A DNA stretch of 64,000 nt from an uncultured virus (IMG/VR IMGVR_UViG_3300027708_000053) (IMGVR_UViG_3300027708_000053); one strand, 5' to 3'; numbered from the stretch's first letter, positions 9,563 through 18,990 are shown. The notes: generated by a model not told the origin, from the letters alone. A program made the numbers and translations.

Positions 9563-9949
9563 ATGAACGCAAATAACATTGTTCTATTTCCGCAAAGAGA
9601 TAACCCTCGAAATATCATGCCTCAAACTATTGAGGAAGTAATCGAGAATATGGATGATGTTAGGCAAGTTCATATACAAGAATCACTTGAAAATATGATG
9701 CCAATGTTGTTTGATAGACTATCTTTGGCAGGATTTAATCTTGATGATGAAGATCCCAATATTACAAAACATGGTGCATTAGTAGTTGAATCGGTAAGAT
9801 CATTTCTGTGCAGAGTATATGGAATGGAACACCCGCTTCAGATCATTGCTAATAATCTATTTGAGACTGATGATGATGGCAATCTAAGTATAGCCGAAAA
9901 CATAAGAATAACTATAACCAATACCAGTGAAACCGAAACAAAGGATTAA
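9563..9949 (+). CDS. Hypothetical T4-like phage protein
   Basis: NNIVLFP N-terminus and HPLQ motif; ATG lies only ~5 nt after the -10 box (possibly leaderless). Confidence 0.7.
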   Translation: MNANNIVLFPQRDNPRNIMPQTIEEVIENMDDVRQVHIQESLENMMPMLFDRLSLAGFNLDDEDPNITKHGALVVESVRSFLCRVYGMEHPLQIIANNLFETDDDGNLSIAENIRITITNTSETETKD

Positions 9950-9953
9950 TTAA

Positions 9954-10808
9954 GTGATTATTCTTGACCTGAGTCAAGTTATGCTAAGTAATATTATGGT
10001 TCAACTTGGTAATCATACCAATGCACAAGTTGAAGAGAATATGGTTAGACATATGTGTCTAAACTCAATTCGTATGTACAAGACCAAATTTGGTCCTGAA
10101 TATGGTGAATTTGTTATTGCTTGTGATAATAAAAACTATTGGCGCAAGTCACTATTTCCATATTATAAAGCAAACCGCAAGAAGTCTCAAGCAGCATCCG
10201 AACTTGATTGGAAGGCTATTTTTGAATGCCTGAATAAGATTCGTGGTGAACTTAAAGAACATTTTCCGTACCGAATTATTGATGTCGAAAGCGCTGAGGC
10301 TGATGACATTATTGGTACTCTTTGTATTGAGTTTGGCAATACCAGTGAAAAGATCCTGATTCTGTCTGGTGATAAAGACTTCCAACAACTCCAGCGTTAT
10401 ATCAATATTCGGCAGTATAATCCAGTGCTGAAGAAGTTCATTACATGTAATAATCCAGATAAGTTTCTTGCAGAACATATTTTAAAGGGTGATGCTGGCG
10501 ATGGAATTCCTAACATTCTTTCTGACGATAATTGCTTTGTATTGGGCAGCCGCCAGAAGCCGATGACACAAAAGAAAATGGATGATCTAATTAATCTTGG
10601 TCTTGATGACAAATTGGATCATCCAAACTTCCGTAATTACAAGCGGAATAAGCAACTTATTGACCTGACTCAAGTGCCCGAATGTATTAAACTTCAGATT
10701 CTTGAGAGTTATGATGCACAAGCAAACAAGAAAAGTTCTAATTTGCTTAACTACTTTATTGCAAATCGTCTTAAAAATTTGACAGAATCTATTGGAGACT
10801 TCACTTAA
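9954..10808 (+). CDS. rnh: T4-type RNase H (5'-3' exonuclease)
   Basis: IILDLSQV, WRKSLFPYYKANRK, EADDIIG, SGDKDF, GDAGDGIPN. Confidence 0.95.
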   Translation: MIILDLSQVMLSNIMVQLGNHTNAQVEENMVRHMCLNSIRMYKTKFGPEYGEFVIACDNKNYWRKSLFPYYKANRKKSQAASELDWKAIFECLNKIRGELKEHFPYRIIDVESAEADDIIGTLCIEFGNTSEKILILSGDKDFQQLQRYINIRQYNPVLKKFITCNNPDKFLAEHILKGDAGDGIPNILSDDNCFVLGSRQKPMTQKKMDDLINLGLDDKLDHPNFRNYKRNKQLIDLTQVPECIKLQILESYDAQANKKSSNLLNYFIANRLKNLTESIGDFT

Positions 10809-11224
10809 TGAAACTTGGTATTGCAGAAATTTTAAAGAAAGCATCAACTATTACTGATGATGCTGCAAGGATTGGTTATCTTCGTCAGAATCAGAGTACA
10901 ACGCTACATATGATTCTTCGTGGCGCATTTGATCCAACAATTAAATGGGCGTTGCCTGAAGGTAATCCTCCATATAAGCCAAATGATTTGGTTGACCAAC
11001 ATCATCGACTATTTACCGAAGCACGCAAGTTGTATTTGTTTGTTGAAGGTGGCAGTCCAAATCTTAAGCAACTCCGTAGAGAAACACTATTCGTCGAGTT
11101 GCTTGAGACAGTTGATCCGGAGGATGCCAAACTTCTTCTTGCTATTAAAGATAAAACACTACCTTATCCAGGTGTAACACTCGACATTGTAAACGAAGCA
11201 TTTCCAGGTCTAATTCCTACATGA
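10808..11224 (+). CDS. Conserved T4-like phage protein (DUF6433-like)
   Basis: LPEGNPPY, RRETLFVELLE; follows rnh. Confidence 0.75.
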   Translation: MKLGIAEILKKASTITDDAARIGYLRQNQSTTLHMILRGAFDPTIKWALPEGNPPYKPNDLVDQHHRLFTEARKLYLFVEGGSPNLKQLRRETLFVELLETVDPEDAKLLLAIKDKTLPYPGVTLDIVNEAFPGLIPT

Positions 11225-11391
11225 GCAAGTCTAAGCCTAAGAACTACAATACTCGTCGTGATGAGTATGAAGATTATGATGACTACCGAGCAGTCAAGAA
11301 GGATCGCTCAGAGAAGAAGTTGAAGAACTTGTTTCGATCAAAAAATGTGCATAAAATTGTGGATGCTTATGAAGACGAGGAATATGAGTAA
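11221..11391 (+). CDS. Small charged hypothetical protein (56 aa)
   Basis: MSKSKPKNYNTRRDEYEDY...; ATGA and TAATG overlaps with both neighbours. Confidence 0.65.
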   Translation: MSKSKPKNYNTRRDEYEDYDDYRAVKKDRSEKKLKNLFRSKNVHKIVDAYEDEEYE

Positions 11392-11597
11392 TGGATAATA
11401 ACAAACCTCTTTTTGAAAATGCCGAACAACTTATTGAAACAGGCATTGCAATGCTTTATAAAGGACTTTTGTTATATCGTGAGGCAGGCGAATATCGAAA
11501 AGAATATGAAGCAATGAGTACATTGAGTGTTATGTTACAGGAAGACCGTAAGTATCTACTGAATACGCACAAGGAAAAAGTCAATGCCGGTTTATAA
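11391..11597 (+). CDS. Hypothetical protein
   Basis: 68-aa ORF with GAGGA RBS. Confidence 0.65.
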   Translation: MDNNKPLFENAEQLIETGIAMLYKGLLLYREAGEYRKEYEAMSTLSVMLQEDRKYLLNTHKEKVNAGL

Positions 11598-11826
11598 CTT
11601 CAAAAATATAAATACCGGTGAGGAATGGACTACTATTATGTCCAATACTGAAAGGGAGGAGTTCCTCGAGCAAAACAAACACATTCAACAACAGTTGAAT
11701 AGTGCTCCTGCTTTGGGTTATTCAATCATCACCAAGAAACCTGATGCCGGCTTTAGAGATCGTTTAAAAGAAATAAAAAAAGCACACTCTAAAGGCCTTA
11801 CAAGGAGTACTGTCAACACTTTCTAG
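11584..11826 (+). CDS. FmdB-like small protein
   Basis: MPVYNFKNINTGE N-terminus; upstream of phoH as is common in T4-like phages. Confidence 0.6.
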   Translation: MPVYNFKNINTGEEWTTIMSNTEREEFLEQNKHIQQQLNSAPALGYSIITKKPDAGFRDRLKEIKKAHSKGLTRSTVNTF

Positions 11827-11838
11827 CAAGAGAGATGC

Positions 11839-12600
11839 ATGCCAGCAAAAATAACTCGTAAGCAACGTCGTGCGGCCAGACAAAATAATGAAGATATAGT
11901 CGAGGTTGAACAAAAAGAAAAGTTCAACCTTAAACTTAAACAAATAAATCCTCTCACAGACAATCAACGAAATGCTTTTGCTGCTTATGAAGATGGTCAA
12001 CATCTTTTATTAGCAGGTACTGCCGGAACAGGTAAATCATTTTTGGGCATATATCTTGCTCTGAATGATATTATTCATAATGAGACTGAACAAAAATTGG
12101 TGATAGTTCGCTCAGTAGTTCCAACAAGAGATGTTGGATTTCTTCCAGGTTCCGCTAAAGATAAAGCAGCTGTGTATGAAGCACCATATGTGGCTATATT
12201 TTCTGAATTATTTAGTCGTGGCGATGCTTATGAGTATTGTGCTAAAAAAGCTATGGTAACATTTATGACCACATCTTTTATTCGTGGCATTACAATCAAT
12301 AATGCTATTATAGTAATAGATGAGATGCAAAATATGATGCCAGGTGAATTACATTCAATTTTTACTCGAGTAGGTAAGAATTGTCGTGTTGTATTTGCTG
12401 GTGATTTAAAGCAGAATGATCTTACAACAAAGAAATATGAGCAATCAGGCTTTAAAGATTTCTTTGCTATCTTAAATAATATGAAATCATTTACAACTAT
12501 TGAATTTACTAGTGCAGACATTGTCAGATCTGGACTTGTAAAAGAGTATATTTTAACTCGTGAACGACTTGAAGATAAAGGTATTGTTGATCCTCTATAA
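11839..12600 (+). CDS. phoH: PhoH-like ATPase
   Basis: GTAGTGKS, GFLPG, FIRGIT, DEMQN, GDLKQND, DIVRSGLVK. Confidence 0.95.
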   Translation: MPAKITRKQRRAARQNNEDIVEVEQKEKFNLKLKQINPLTDNQRNAFAAYEDGQHLLLAGTAGTGKSFLGIYLALNDIIHNETEQKLVIVRSVVPTRDVGFLPGSAKDKAAVYEAPYVAIFSELFSRGDAYEYCAKKAMVTFMTTSFIRGITINNAIIVIDEMQNMMPGELHSIFTRVGKNCRVVFAGDLKQNDLTTKKYEQSGFKDFFAILNNMKSFTTIEFTSADIVRSGLVKEYILTRERLEDKGIVDPL

Positions 12601-12606
12601 AGATGG

Positions 12607-12635
12607 TTGACAATACCAACGATCCGTTATATAAT
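12607..12635 (+). promoter_or_regulatory. Sigma70-like early promoter
   Basis: TTGACA-17-TATAAT. Confidence 0.75.
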
Positions 12636-12699
12636 AGTCTTGACATCATATGGAAACAATATATTATGAATGTAATTGCCCTTACAAGGAAATAATCCA

Positions 12700-13446
12700 A
12701 TGAGATATAGATCAGTTTTTATTTCCGATTTACATCTCGGAACCAGTTCTTGTAAGCATGAACAACTATTGTCTTTTCTAAGACAACTTAGAAAAAACCC
12801 ACCCGATAGTCTCTATTTGGTGGGTGATATTTTAGACTTATGGAAATTAGGTACTGGTGGTACTTGGTCTGATGCTGATAATAATGTATTAAGATCTATA
12901 TTAGATCTATCTCGTCGGGGAATAAGAGTATATTATATCACTGGTAATCATGATGATGTATTAAGAAAATTACCGCAATATTTTATGTTCAATGAAATAC
13001 CTCTATGTGATTTAACAACTTTTATTAGTAAAGACGGAAGACGATTTCTTATTATACATGGTGACCAGTATGATAAGTTTATTAATAATCATAGGTTACT
13101 AGGTATTATTGGTTCGTTCTTTTATGATGCAACCACATATCTGAACAAAACATTGTTTTATATCCAAGATAAACTTGGTCGACCACATTGGTCCTTATCA
13201 AAATATTTAAAACAAAAAGCAAAAGCATTTACTCATGTAATAGATGTATTCGAACATTCGATGTGTGATTCAATAAAAGCCGAAGGCTATAATGGAGTTA
13301 TATGTGGACATATTCATATGCCAAAGATACTTGAACAAGATCAATTCCAATATATGAATTGTGGTGATTGGACTGAGAATTGTACTGCTATTGTTGAGCA
13401 TGATGATGGTACTTTTCACATTTTATATTATAAGGAACAACCGTGA
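12700..13446 (+). CDS. Metallophosphoesterase, LpxH-like family
   Basis: SDLHLG, VGDILD, GNHD, HGD, GHIH, NCGDW. Confidence 0.85.
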   Translation: MRYRSVFISDLHLGTSSCKHEQLLSFLRQLRKNPPDSLYLVGDILDLWKLGTGGTWSDADNNVLRSILDLSRRGIRVYYITGNHDDVLRKLPQYFMFNEIPLCDLTTFISKDGRRFLIIHGDQYDKFINNHRLLGIIGSFFYDATTYLNKTLFYIQDKLGRPHWSLSKYLKQKAKAFTHVIDVFEHSMCDSIKAEGYNGVICGHIHMPKILEQDQFQYMNCGDWTENCTAIVEHDDGTFHILYYKEQP

Positions 13447-13658
13447 AATATTATTGTTTTAACACTTGGAAGACAGACCCAGCTGTTGATTCATATGTTG
13501 AGGTTATGTCTGAGCAAGAAATACTTGATGAATATTATGATCATTGGTATGATGCAATGGTATCCAAGTTTGGTAAAGAAGTGGTGGATGCCGGTTATTG
13601 TGTAGATGATTGTATTGACGAGTGGTGTATTATAAACTATGCGTGGGAATCTAAATGA
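13443..13658 (+). CDS. Hypothetical protein
   Basis: GTG start with AAGGA RBS; coupled to neighbours. Confidence 0.65.
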   Translation: MKYYCFNTWKTDPAVDSYVEVMSEQEILDEYYDHWYDAMVSKFGKEVVDAGYCVDDCIDEWCIINYAWESK

Positions 13659-14110
13659 ATTGGCATGAATACTTCTTGGGCATGGCTGAGTATGTCTCAA
13701 CCAAATCAAAAGATAAAACCAAAATGGGTTGTGTTATTGTAGGACCAAATCATGAAATCCGCACAACAGGTTATAATGGCTTTTGTCGTGGAATAGATGA
13801 TAGCGTTGAATCAAGACATGATAGACCAGAGAAGTATTATTGGGCTGAACATGCTGAACGTAATGCCATCTATAATGCGGCCAGGAATGGGATACCACTT
13901 GAAGGAACTACCGCGTATATTAGTTCTAATGTACCGCCATGTGCTGATTGTACAAGAGCACTTATTCAGTCTGGAATAGTTCAAATAATAACTCGACCAA
14001 TGAAGAATGATAATCCAAAGTGGCAAGAGTCATTCCAACGTAGTCGTGAAATGATGGCTGAGGCAAGAATAGATTTCGGAATATATTATGGAGATAACAA
14101 CAATGAATAA
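13655..14110 (+). CDS. cd: dCMP deaminase
   Basis: TGYNG, HAERNAI, PCADC. Confidence 0.93.
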   Translation: MNWHEYFLGMAEYVSTKSKDKTKMGCVIVGPNHEIRTTGYNGFCRGIDDSVESRHDRPEKYYWAEHAERNAIYNAARNGIPLEGTTAYISSNVPPCADCTRALIQSGIVQIITRPMKNDNPKWQESFQRSREMMAEARIDFGIYYGDNNNE

Positions 14111-14312
14111 AGATAAAATTGAAAAGCTTGTATTGCAAACACACCAAAATCTTTGTAACGCAAGTAAAGAAGCAGAGTTTAACTACAATTTTGCAGATGA
14201 GTTCGCCAGGTTGATTATTATAGAGTGCGCTAAAGTAGCTGATGACAATTATGATAAAGGCTTTTGTCCAGTAGGTGGATTCGTTCTTGAACATTTTAAT
14301 ATTAAACCATAA
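14103..14312 (+). CDS. Hypothetical protein
   Basis: GGAG RBS; FARLIIIEC motif common in phage small proteins. Confidence 0.65.
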   Translation: MNKDKIEKLVLQTHQNLCNASKEAEFNYNFADEFARLIIIECAKVADDNYDKGFCPVGGFVLEHFNIKP

Positions 14313-14314
14313 AA

Positions 14315-14956
14315 ATGTTCGAGCACAATCTATTAACATTTCCAAAACTCACAAGAGTAGATGGACCTAACGGCAGGTTCTATAAAACACCTGATGGCGA
14401 TTTTAAGTCAGTAACAACAATTCTATCCGAACGTCTTGATCATTCTGCTATAGATGCATGGAAGCAAAGAGTAGGACCTGAAGAAGCCAATAGAGTATCA
14501 CAACAAGCATCAAGACGTGGTACTGCTATTCATAATCTTGCTGAGCAATATTTACTGAACAATAAAGACTATGCTAAAGGTGCGATGCCTATTAATGTGC
14601 AAACATTCAGCTTTATTAGATCTATTTTAGATAATAACATTGGCACTATCTATGGAATAGAAGCATTACTTTATTCTAGACTATTAAAAGCAGCAGGCAC
14701 CGCTGACCTATTAGCTGAATATAATGGGATAAATTCTATCATAGATTTTAAAACTTCAAAACGTATCAAGACTGAAGATCAGATCGAGTCATATTTTATT
14801 CAAACTGCCGCTTATAGTTTGATGGCAGCAGAGCACTCTAACTATAACTTCCCACAGATAGTTATTTTAATGATGGTGGATAACGAAGATCCACTTATAT
14901 TCATCAAGAGGGCTCGTGATTATTTCCCACGTGTCAAAGAAGTTTTTATCAGCTAA
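14315..14956 (+). CDS. PD-(D/E)XK exonuclease (Cas4-like phage exonuclease)
   Basis: SVTTIL, RGTAIH, AGTAD, IIDFKTS, Q...AY. Confidence 0.88.
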   Translation: MFEHNLLTFPKLTRVDGPNGRFYKTPDGDFKSVTTILSERLDHSAIDAWKQRVGPEEANRVSQQASRRGTAIHNLAEQYLLNNKDYAKGAMPINVQTFSFIRSILDNNIGTIYGIEALLYSRLLKAAGTADLLAEYNGINSIIDFKTSKRIKTEDQIESYFIQTAAYSLMAAEHSNYNFPQIVILMMVDNEDPLIFIKRARDYFPRVKEVFIS

Positions 14957-15038
14957 CCTAACGAAAAGTTAACAAATCTATCGTTGACTTGACCATGGTT
15001 TTTTGGTATAATTCACTCATAAACAAAGGGATACAAAC

Positions 15039-15197
15039 ATGACCGTTTCCGAACTGATGGATATCCTTCGCGACCGTGATCCGGATGCCAAGGTATATAC
15101 CATGAATTTAATTTCCGGGATATACGTTACTCCTGTCATCGATACCGGTGACACTGATACCGATGCCGTGCTCATCGATTGCGGTGACTACGACTAG
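15039..15197 (+). CDS. Small hypothetical protein (52 aa)
   Basis: MTVSELMDILRDRDPDAKV...; AAAGGGA RBS; fills the gap between two promoter modules. Confidence 0.75.
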   Translation: MTVSELMDILRDRDPDAKVYTMNLISGIYVTPVIDTGDTDTDAVLIDCGDYD

Positions 15198-15293
15198 GTT
15201 ACCAAAAGTTAACAAATCTATCGTTGACATCACCTCACAAACCTGGTATAATCACTTTATAAACCGGCCAATGGCCATACAGGAGATTATCAC

Positions 15294-16157
15294 ATGCCCC
15301 GTGGTGTATATGCCCGCAAGACCAAGACTAACTCAGTCAAGGCGCAAATGGATCGGTTGCTCAATGTGCAGTCGACCCCTCTTGTTATTGAGACTGACGA
15401 AGAGATCGAGACTCGTCTCCGCGAACGATTTGAGGTTCTTGCCGAGATGACTGACATGGCAATTTCGGGCGATGCTCGTGCCATGATCGTGTCTGGTCCC
15501 GCCGGTCTCGGCAAGTCCTTCACTGTCGAGACTGCCCTTAACTCTTGGGATCCGGATGGTATTAATCACCGTATTGTGAAAGGATATGTCCGTGCACCGG
15601 GCCTCTTCAAGCTTCTCTATGCTCACCAGAATGCTGGTCAAGTTCTGGTATTCGACGACGCTGATGAAGTTTTCCTTGACGATACGGCTATTAATCTGCT
15701 GAAGGCGGCTTGTGACACTTCCGACCGTCGTGTCATCTCTTATATTACTGAGGCGACTCTGATCGACGAAGAGACTGCAGAGCGTTTGCCCAAATCGTTT
15801 GAGTTCAAGGGTACTATTATCTTTATCACCAACTACGATTTTGACCGTATGATTGACGGTGGTTCTAAGATTGCTCCCCACCTCGAGGCTCTTGTATCTC
15901 GTGCGCACTACATTGACTTGGCGATGAAGAACCGCCGTGACTATATGATTCGCATCCGTCAGGTGATCAAGGACGGTCTCTTGTCTGGTCGTGGTCTTAC
16001 CGAACTCGAGCAGTACGAGGTTGTTCAATTCTTGGAGACTAACCAGGACAAGTTGCGTGAGTTGTCCTTGCGTATGGCACTAAAGGTTGCCGACCATCGC
16101 CGTAAAGGTGGTGACCGGTGGAAGGTTCGTGCAAAGATCGGTTGCTGCCGGTCTTGA
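15294..16157 (+). CDS. P-loop/AAA-type ATPase
   Basis: Walker A GPAGLGKS, Walker B VLVFDD, IFITN sensor. Confidence 0.85.
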   Translation: MPRGVYARKTKTNSVKAQMDRLLNVQSTPLVIETDEEIETRLRERFEVLAEMTDMAISGDARAMIVSGPAGLGKSFTVETALNSWDPDGINHRIVKGYVRAPGLFKLLYAHQNAGQVLVFDDADEVFLDDTAINLLKAACDTSDRRVISYITEATLIDEETAERLPKSFEFKGTIIFITNYDFDRMIDGGSKIAPHLEALVSRAHYIDLAMKNRRDYMIRIRQVIKDGLLSGRGLTELEQYEVVQFLETNQDKLRELSLRMALKVADHRRKGGDRWKVRAKIGCCRS

Positions 16158-16163
16158 GACTAG

Positions 16164-16415
16164 TTGACTTGATACCAACGACCGTTTACCAGCATATAGG
16201 TGGGTATTGACCAAGGTACCGATCCTAAGTGCTGGTAAACGGTTGTGCAGTTATGCGGAAAGCCGTTATAACTCAACGGTTTAAGTCTGGTTTCGATACC
16301 AAATTTAACAAGCGGCTGCCGTGGTAAAAAGTCAATCAACTCAACGGTTTAGCAGTTATGCGGAACTTAGGTACCTCAGGAAATATGAGGTCCGGTGACG
16401 GATTAACTGACGGTA
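16164..16415. ncRNA. Candidate structured non-coding element
   Basis: Closing stem 16164-16180/16320-16335; perfect 14-bp inverted repeat 16181-16194/16230-16243; further hairpins; two duplicated 14-mers. Confidence 0.5.
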
Positions 16416-16501
16416 ATCCTACATTACCAATTTGTAATAATTTCTTGGTTGACATCGACCGTCATCCGTGGTATAATCCATCTATGATCAAGGAGACAGA
16501 C

Positions 16502-16768
16502 ATGTTCATGAAGCAACAAATTCTGGAATATATCGACTCAGCAATTGAAGAGTGTGATCAACAAATCGAGCATGCATTCAAGCCTGAGAATATTCTCGAG
16601 TATTGGGCGGAAATTCAAATTAACTCCGCATTGGGACGCAAGTTTCAATTGGCAAAATTCCGTGCTTTATTTGATTGCGGCTCGACTCCGAAAGGTAAGG
16701 TTGCTTTTGAATCATATTCCAAGATAATGACTGAGGCGGTGGATACCATCGTCTCGTTTCAAGATTAA
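16502..16768 (+). CDS. Hypothetical protein
   Basis: AAGGAG RBS after promoter; stop lies in the next module's TTAAC. Confidence 0.75.
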   Translation: MFMKQQILEYIDSAIEECDQQIEHAFKPENILEYWAEIQINSALGRKFQLAKFRALFDCGSTPKGKVAFESYSKIMTEAVDTIVSFQD

Positions 16769-16842
16769 CAATTTGTAATAATTTCTTGGTTGACATCACC
16801 CCACAAGCCTGATATAATTCACTTATAAACAGGAGATAAGAC

Positions 16843-17073
16843 ATGCAATTCAAAGCTGAAGATGTTACTCGGATCTATCTGGGTCAGGATCGTATTTGTC
16901 GTTGTGGCTGTAAAGGTAGCTATGTCGAGCGTGGCGAGCCTCTCTTTGATAAGCGAGTCAAGCGGTTTGCCAAAATGTGGTCTACCTATACACCAGGCAA
17001 GCATGATGTGGACTCTAATTACATGAACCTGAGCTATGGCAATGATCGAGCGATGACGGTTTATTTCACATAA
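16843..17073 (+). CDS. Hypothetical protein with CRCGC motif
   Basis: Promoter plus AGGAG RBS. Confidence 0.75.
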   Translation: MQFKAEDVTRIYLGQDRICRCGCKGSYVERGEPLFDKRVKRFAKMWSTYTPGKHDVDSNYMNLSYGNDRAMTVYFT

Positions 17074-17168
17074 TTGCAGCCGATAGGTTAACGCTTTGTA
17101 ATAATTTAATCGTTGACATCACCTTCCATCCGTGGTATAATCCACTTATAAACAAAGGAATACATCAT

Positions 17169-17381
17169 ATGACCTACAAAGTTCGTGAATATACCTGCCG
17201 CGTCCGTGAGGCAGTTGATAAACATCTCCTGAATAAGGATATGCTTATTGACATGCTATTACAGTGGATGTCGGAGTCTGATGTAAAAGCCATGTGTGAG
17301 GCCAACGATATTTGTCTTGATGACGAGGAAGAAGAAGATGAACAACGTCAGTGGTATGATACTTCCGCTGAGTTGTCTTAA
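17169..17381 (+). CDS. Hypothetical protein
   Basis: Promoter plus AAAGGA RBS; WMSESDV motif. Confidence 0.75.
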   Translation: MTYKVREYTCRVREAVDKHLLNKDMLIDMLLQWMSESDVKAMCEANDICLDDEEEEDEQRQWYDTSAELS

Positions 17382-17408
17382 TAGATAAGCACGAAAGGAA
17401 ATAGATCT

Positions 17409-17495
17409 ATGAAATATGGTCAGCAATACGTCATCCGTGACATTCTTGTTGGACTAGTTCTTGGCGTCACTCTCGGCGCTCTTGCTTTCCTCTGA
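17409..17495 (+). CDS. 28-aa membrane peptide
   Basis: MKYGQQYVIRDILVGLVLGVTLGALAFL; AAAGGA RBS. Confidence 0.55.
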   Translation: MKYGQQYVIRDILVGLVLGVTLGALAFL

Positions 17496-17511
17496 TATAG
17501 GAGACCAGATC

Positions 17512-17811
17512 ATGTCCCGTAAAACCATTTCTATTGCTAGTGCTGTGACTGAGTTCAATCGGATTATTCAATTGAGCACTTGCTCTCCTGATATTCGGAA
17601 GGGTTATATGGGAGCGATTGAACATATCCTTCATAGTACTAATAACTATTGTGGATTCCGGTATCTGACTATTGGAAATGTTCCTGATGGTCAATTGCCT
17701 GGTATTAATAAGGATGAGAATGGAGACTTCTATCCTGACTCACCTCACAAGCGCTTTGAAAACACGGATGAAACCCGTGTGTTCTATTTCCTTCCTGCTG
17801 ATCTAAAGTAA
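17512..17811 (+). CDS. Hypothetical protein
   Basis: AGGAG RBS; NNYCGFRYL motif. Confidence 0.75.
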   Translation: MSRKTISIASAVTEFNRIIQLSTCSPDIRKGYMGAIEHILHSTNNYCGFRYLTIGNVPDGQLPGINKDENGDFYPDSPHKRFENTDETRVFYFLPADLK

Positions 17812-17993
17812 TGAATAGTACCAAAAGAAAACTATACGATCCTATAGTTTGGAATATCTTTCAGCAAGTAGACAATGTATATGGCCATCATAATGCATCT
17901 AATCTTTATAAATTCAACGAACATACTGGTAACACAGTTGAACTTGTAAAAGAGCAATTATGGTATGATATAAAGTATAAGTGCAAAAAATGA
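17811..17993 (+). CDS. Small hypothetical protein
   Basis: Coupled 60-aa ORF, AT-rich. Confidence 0.55.
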   Translation: MNSTKRKLYDPIVWNIFQQVDNVYGHHNASNLYKFNEHTGNTVELVKEQLWYDIKYKCKK

Positions 17994-18223
17994 CTACTAT
18001 TAAAGATCAAGTTTATAATCAAGTCAATATTCAAGCCTATTATCAAGTCGAGAATGAAGTATGGAATCAAGTCTATCATCAAATCAAAACTCAAGTCCAA
18101 GATCAAATCAGGCATCAAGTCTATATGCAATTTGAAGAAGATCTATTATATAAATCGAAACTAATTAATTGGCAACGTATTGTGACATATATGGAGAGTG
18201 ATCTACCGGATCTGATGAATTAG
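17990..18223 (+). CDS. Q-V-x-x repeat mini-protein
   Basis: QVYNQVNIQAYYQVENEVWNQVYHQIKTQVQDQIRHQVYMQFEEDL, 4-residue periodicity. Confidence 0.65.
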   Translation: MTTIKDQVYNQVNIQAYYQVENEVWNQVYHQIKTQVQDQIRHQVYMQFEEDLLYKSKLINWQRIVTYMESDLPDLMN

Positions 18224-18370
18224 GTCATAACCATTGACATATAATAGGTCATAGAGTCTGTCCTATTCTTGGATTAACAAAAGTTAACAAAACTACCGTT
18301 GACAGCGATACCGATCTGTGGTATAATCACTTTATAAACAGGGCATAATGCCCAACAAGGAGACAAACAG

Positions 18371-18613
18371 ATGAGCAACTACCCCAACATGTCTTATTGC
18401 GCTTTCGAGAACACTGCCGCGGCTATTCGCCAATTGATTGGCATGATGGCCGATGCTATCGATGAAGGTGAGCCGCGTGACATGTCTAGCCAATATGAAC
18501 AGCGGGCATTTGATGGCATGCAAGAGCTGATCCAGGACTTCCAGGAGACGCTTGAGCAGTACAATGAGCACTTTGCCCTCTATATGGCCACGGACGGCCA
18601 GGCGGAAGGTTAA
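18371..18613 (+). CDS. Hypothetical protein
   Basis: NMSYCAFENT motif; promoter plus AAGGAG RBS. Confidence 0.78.
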   Translation: MSNYPNMSYCAFENTAAAIRQLIGMMADAIDEGEPRDMSSQYEQRAFDGMQELIQDFQETLEQYNEHFALYMATDGQAEG

Positions 18614-18691
18614 CGCTTTGTAATAACTTAGTGGTTGACAGCCGTGTCTAGGCTTGATATAATCCAACTGTAGACAAAAGGATACATCATC

Positions 18692-18916
18692 ATGAACACT
18701 GCCAACATCTGGACCGCCCTTGCCACCTTCGGCAACGCTAGGATCAATATTGATGCGATCGATGCTGACGCCACCGCCTGGAATGTTACATATGAGGTCG
18801 CTGAGCGCTGGATCCGGAATCAGTTGAATTCCGAGGCTAATCTCGAGGGTGTGTCACTCCGGATCAATACGCTGGTCGATGGGCGCCTCGACGTCTACCT
18901 CCGGAAGTTCACCTAA
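18692..18916 (+). CDS. Hypothetical protein
   Basis: Promoter plus AAAGGA RBS. Confidence 0.75.
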   Translation: MNTANIWTALATFGNARINIDAIDADATAWNVTYEVAERWIRNQLNSEANLEGVSLRINTLVDGRLDVYLRKFT

Positions 18917-18990
18917 CCAATTTGTAATAATTTCTTGGTTGACAGTCACCCTCTAGCCTGATATAATCCACTTATAAACAGGAGACAGAC

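Noticed and set aside
15333..16028. Long antisense ORFs (also 27729-28409, 29821-30270, 20214-20747)
   Set aside because: They are shadows of well-supported plus-strand genes with biased codon usage, with no RBS or motifs.
16358..16501. Upstream extensions of ORFs through promoter modules (also 20199-20291, and ORF 15148-15450)
   Set aside because: They simply read through the promoter repeat; true starts follow the module RBS.
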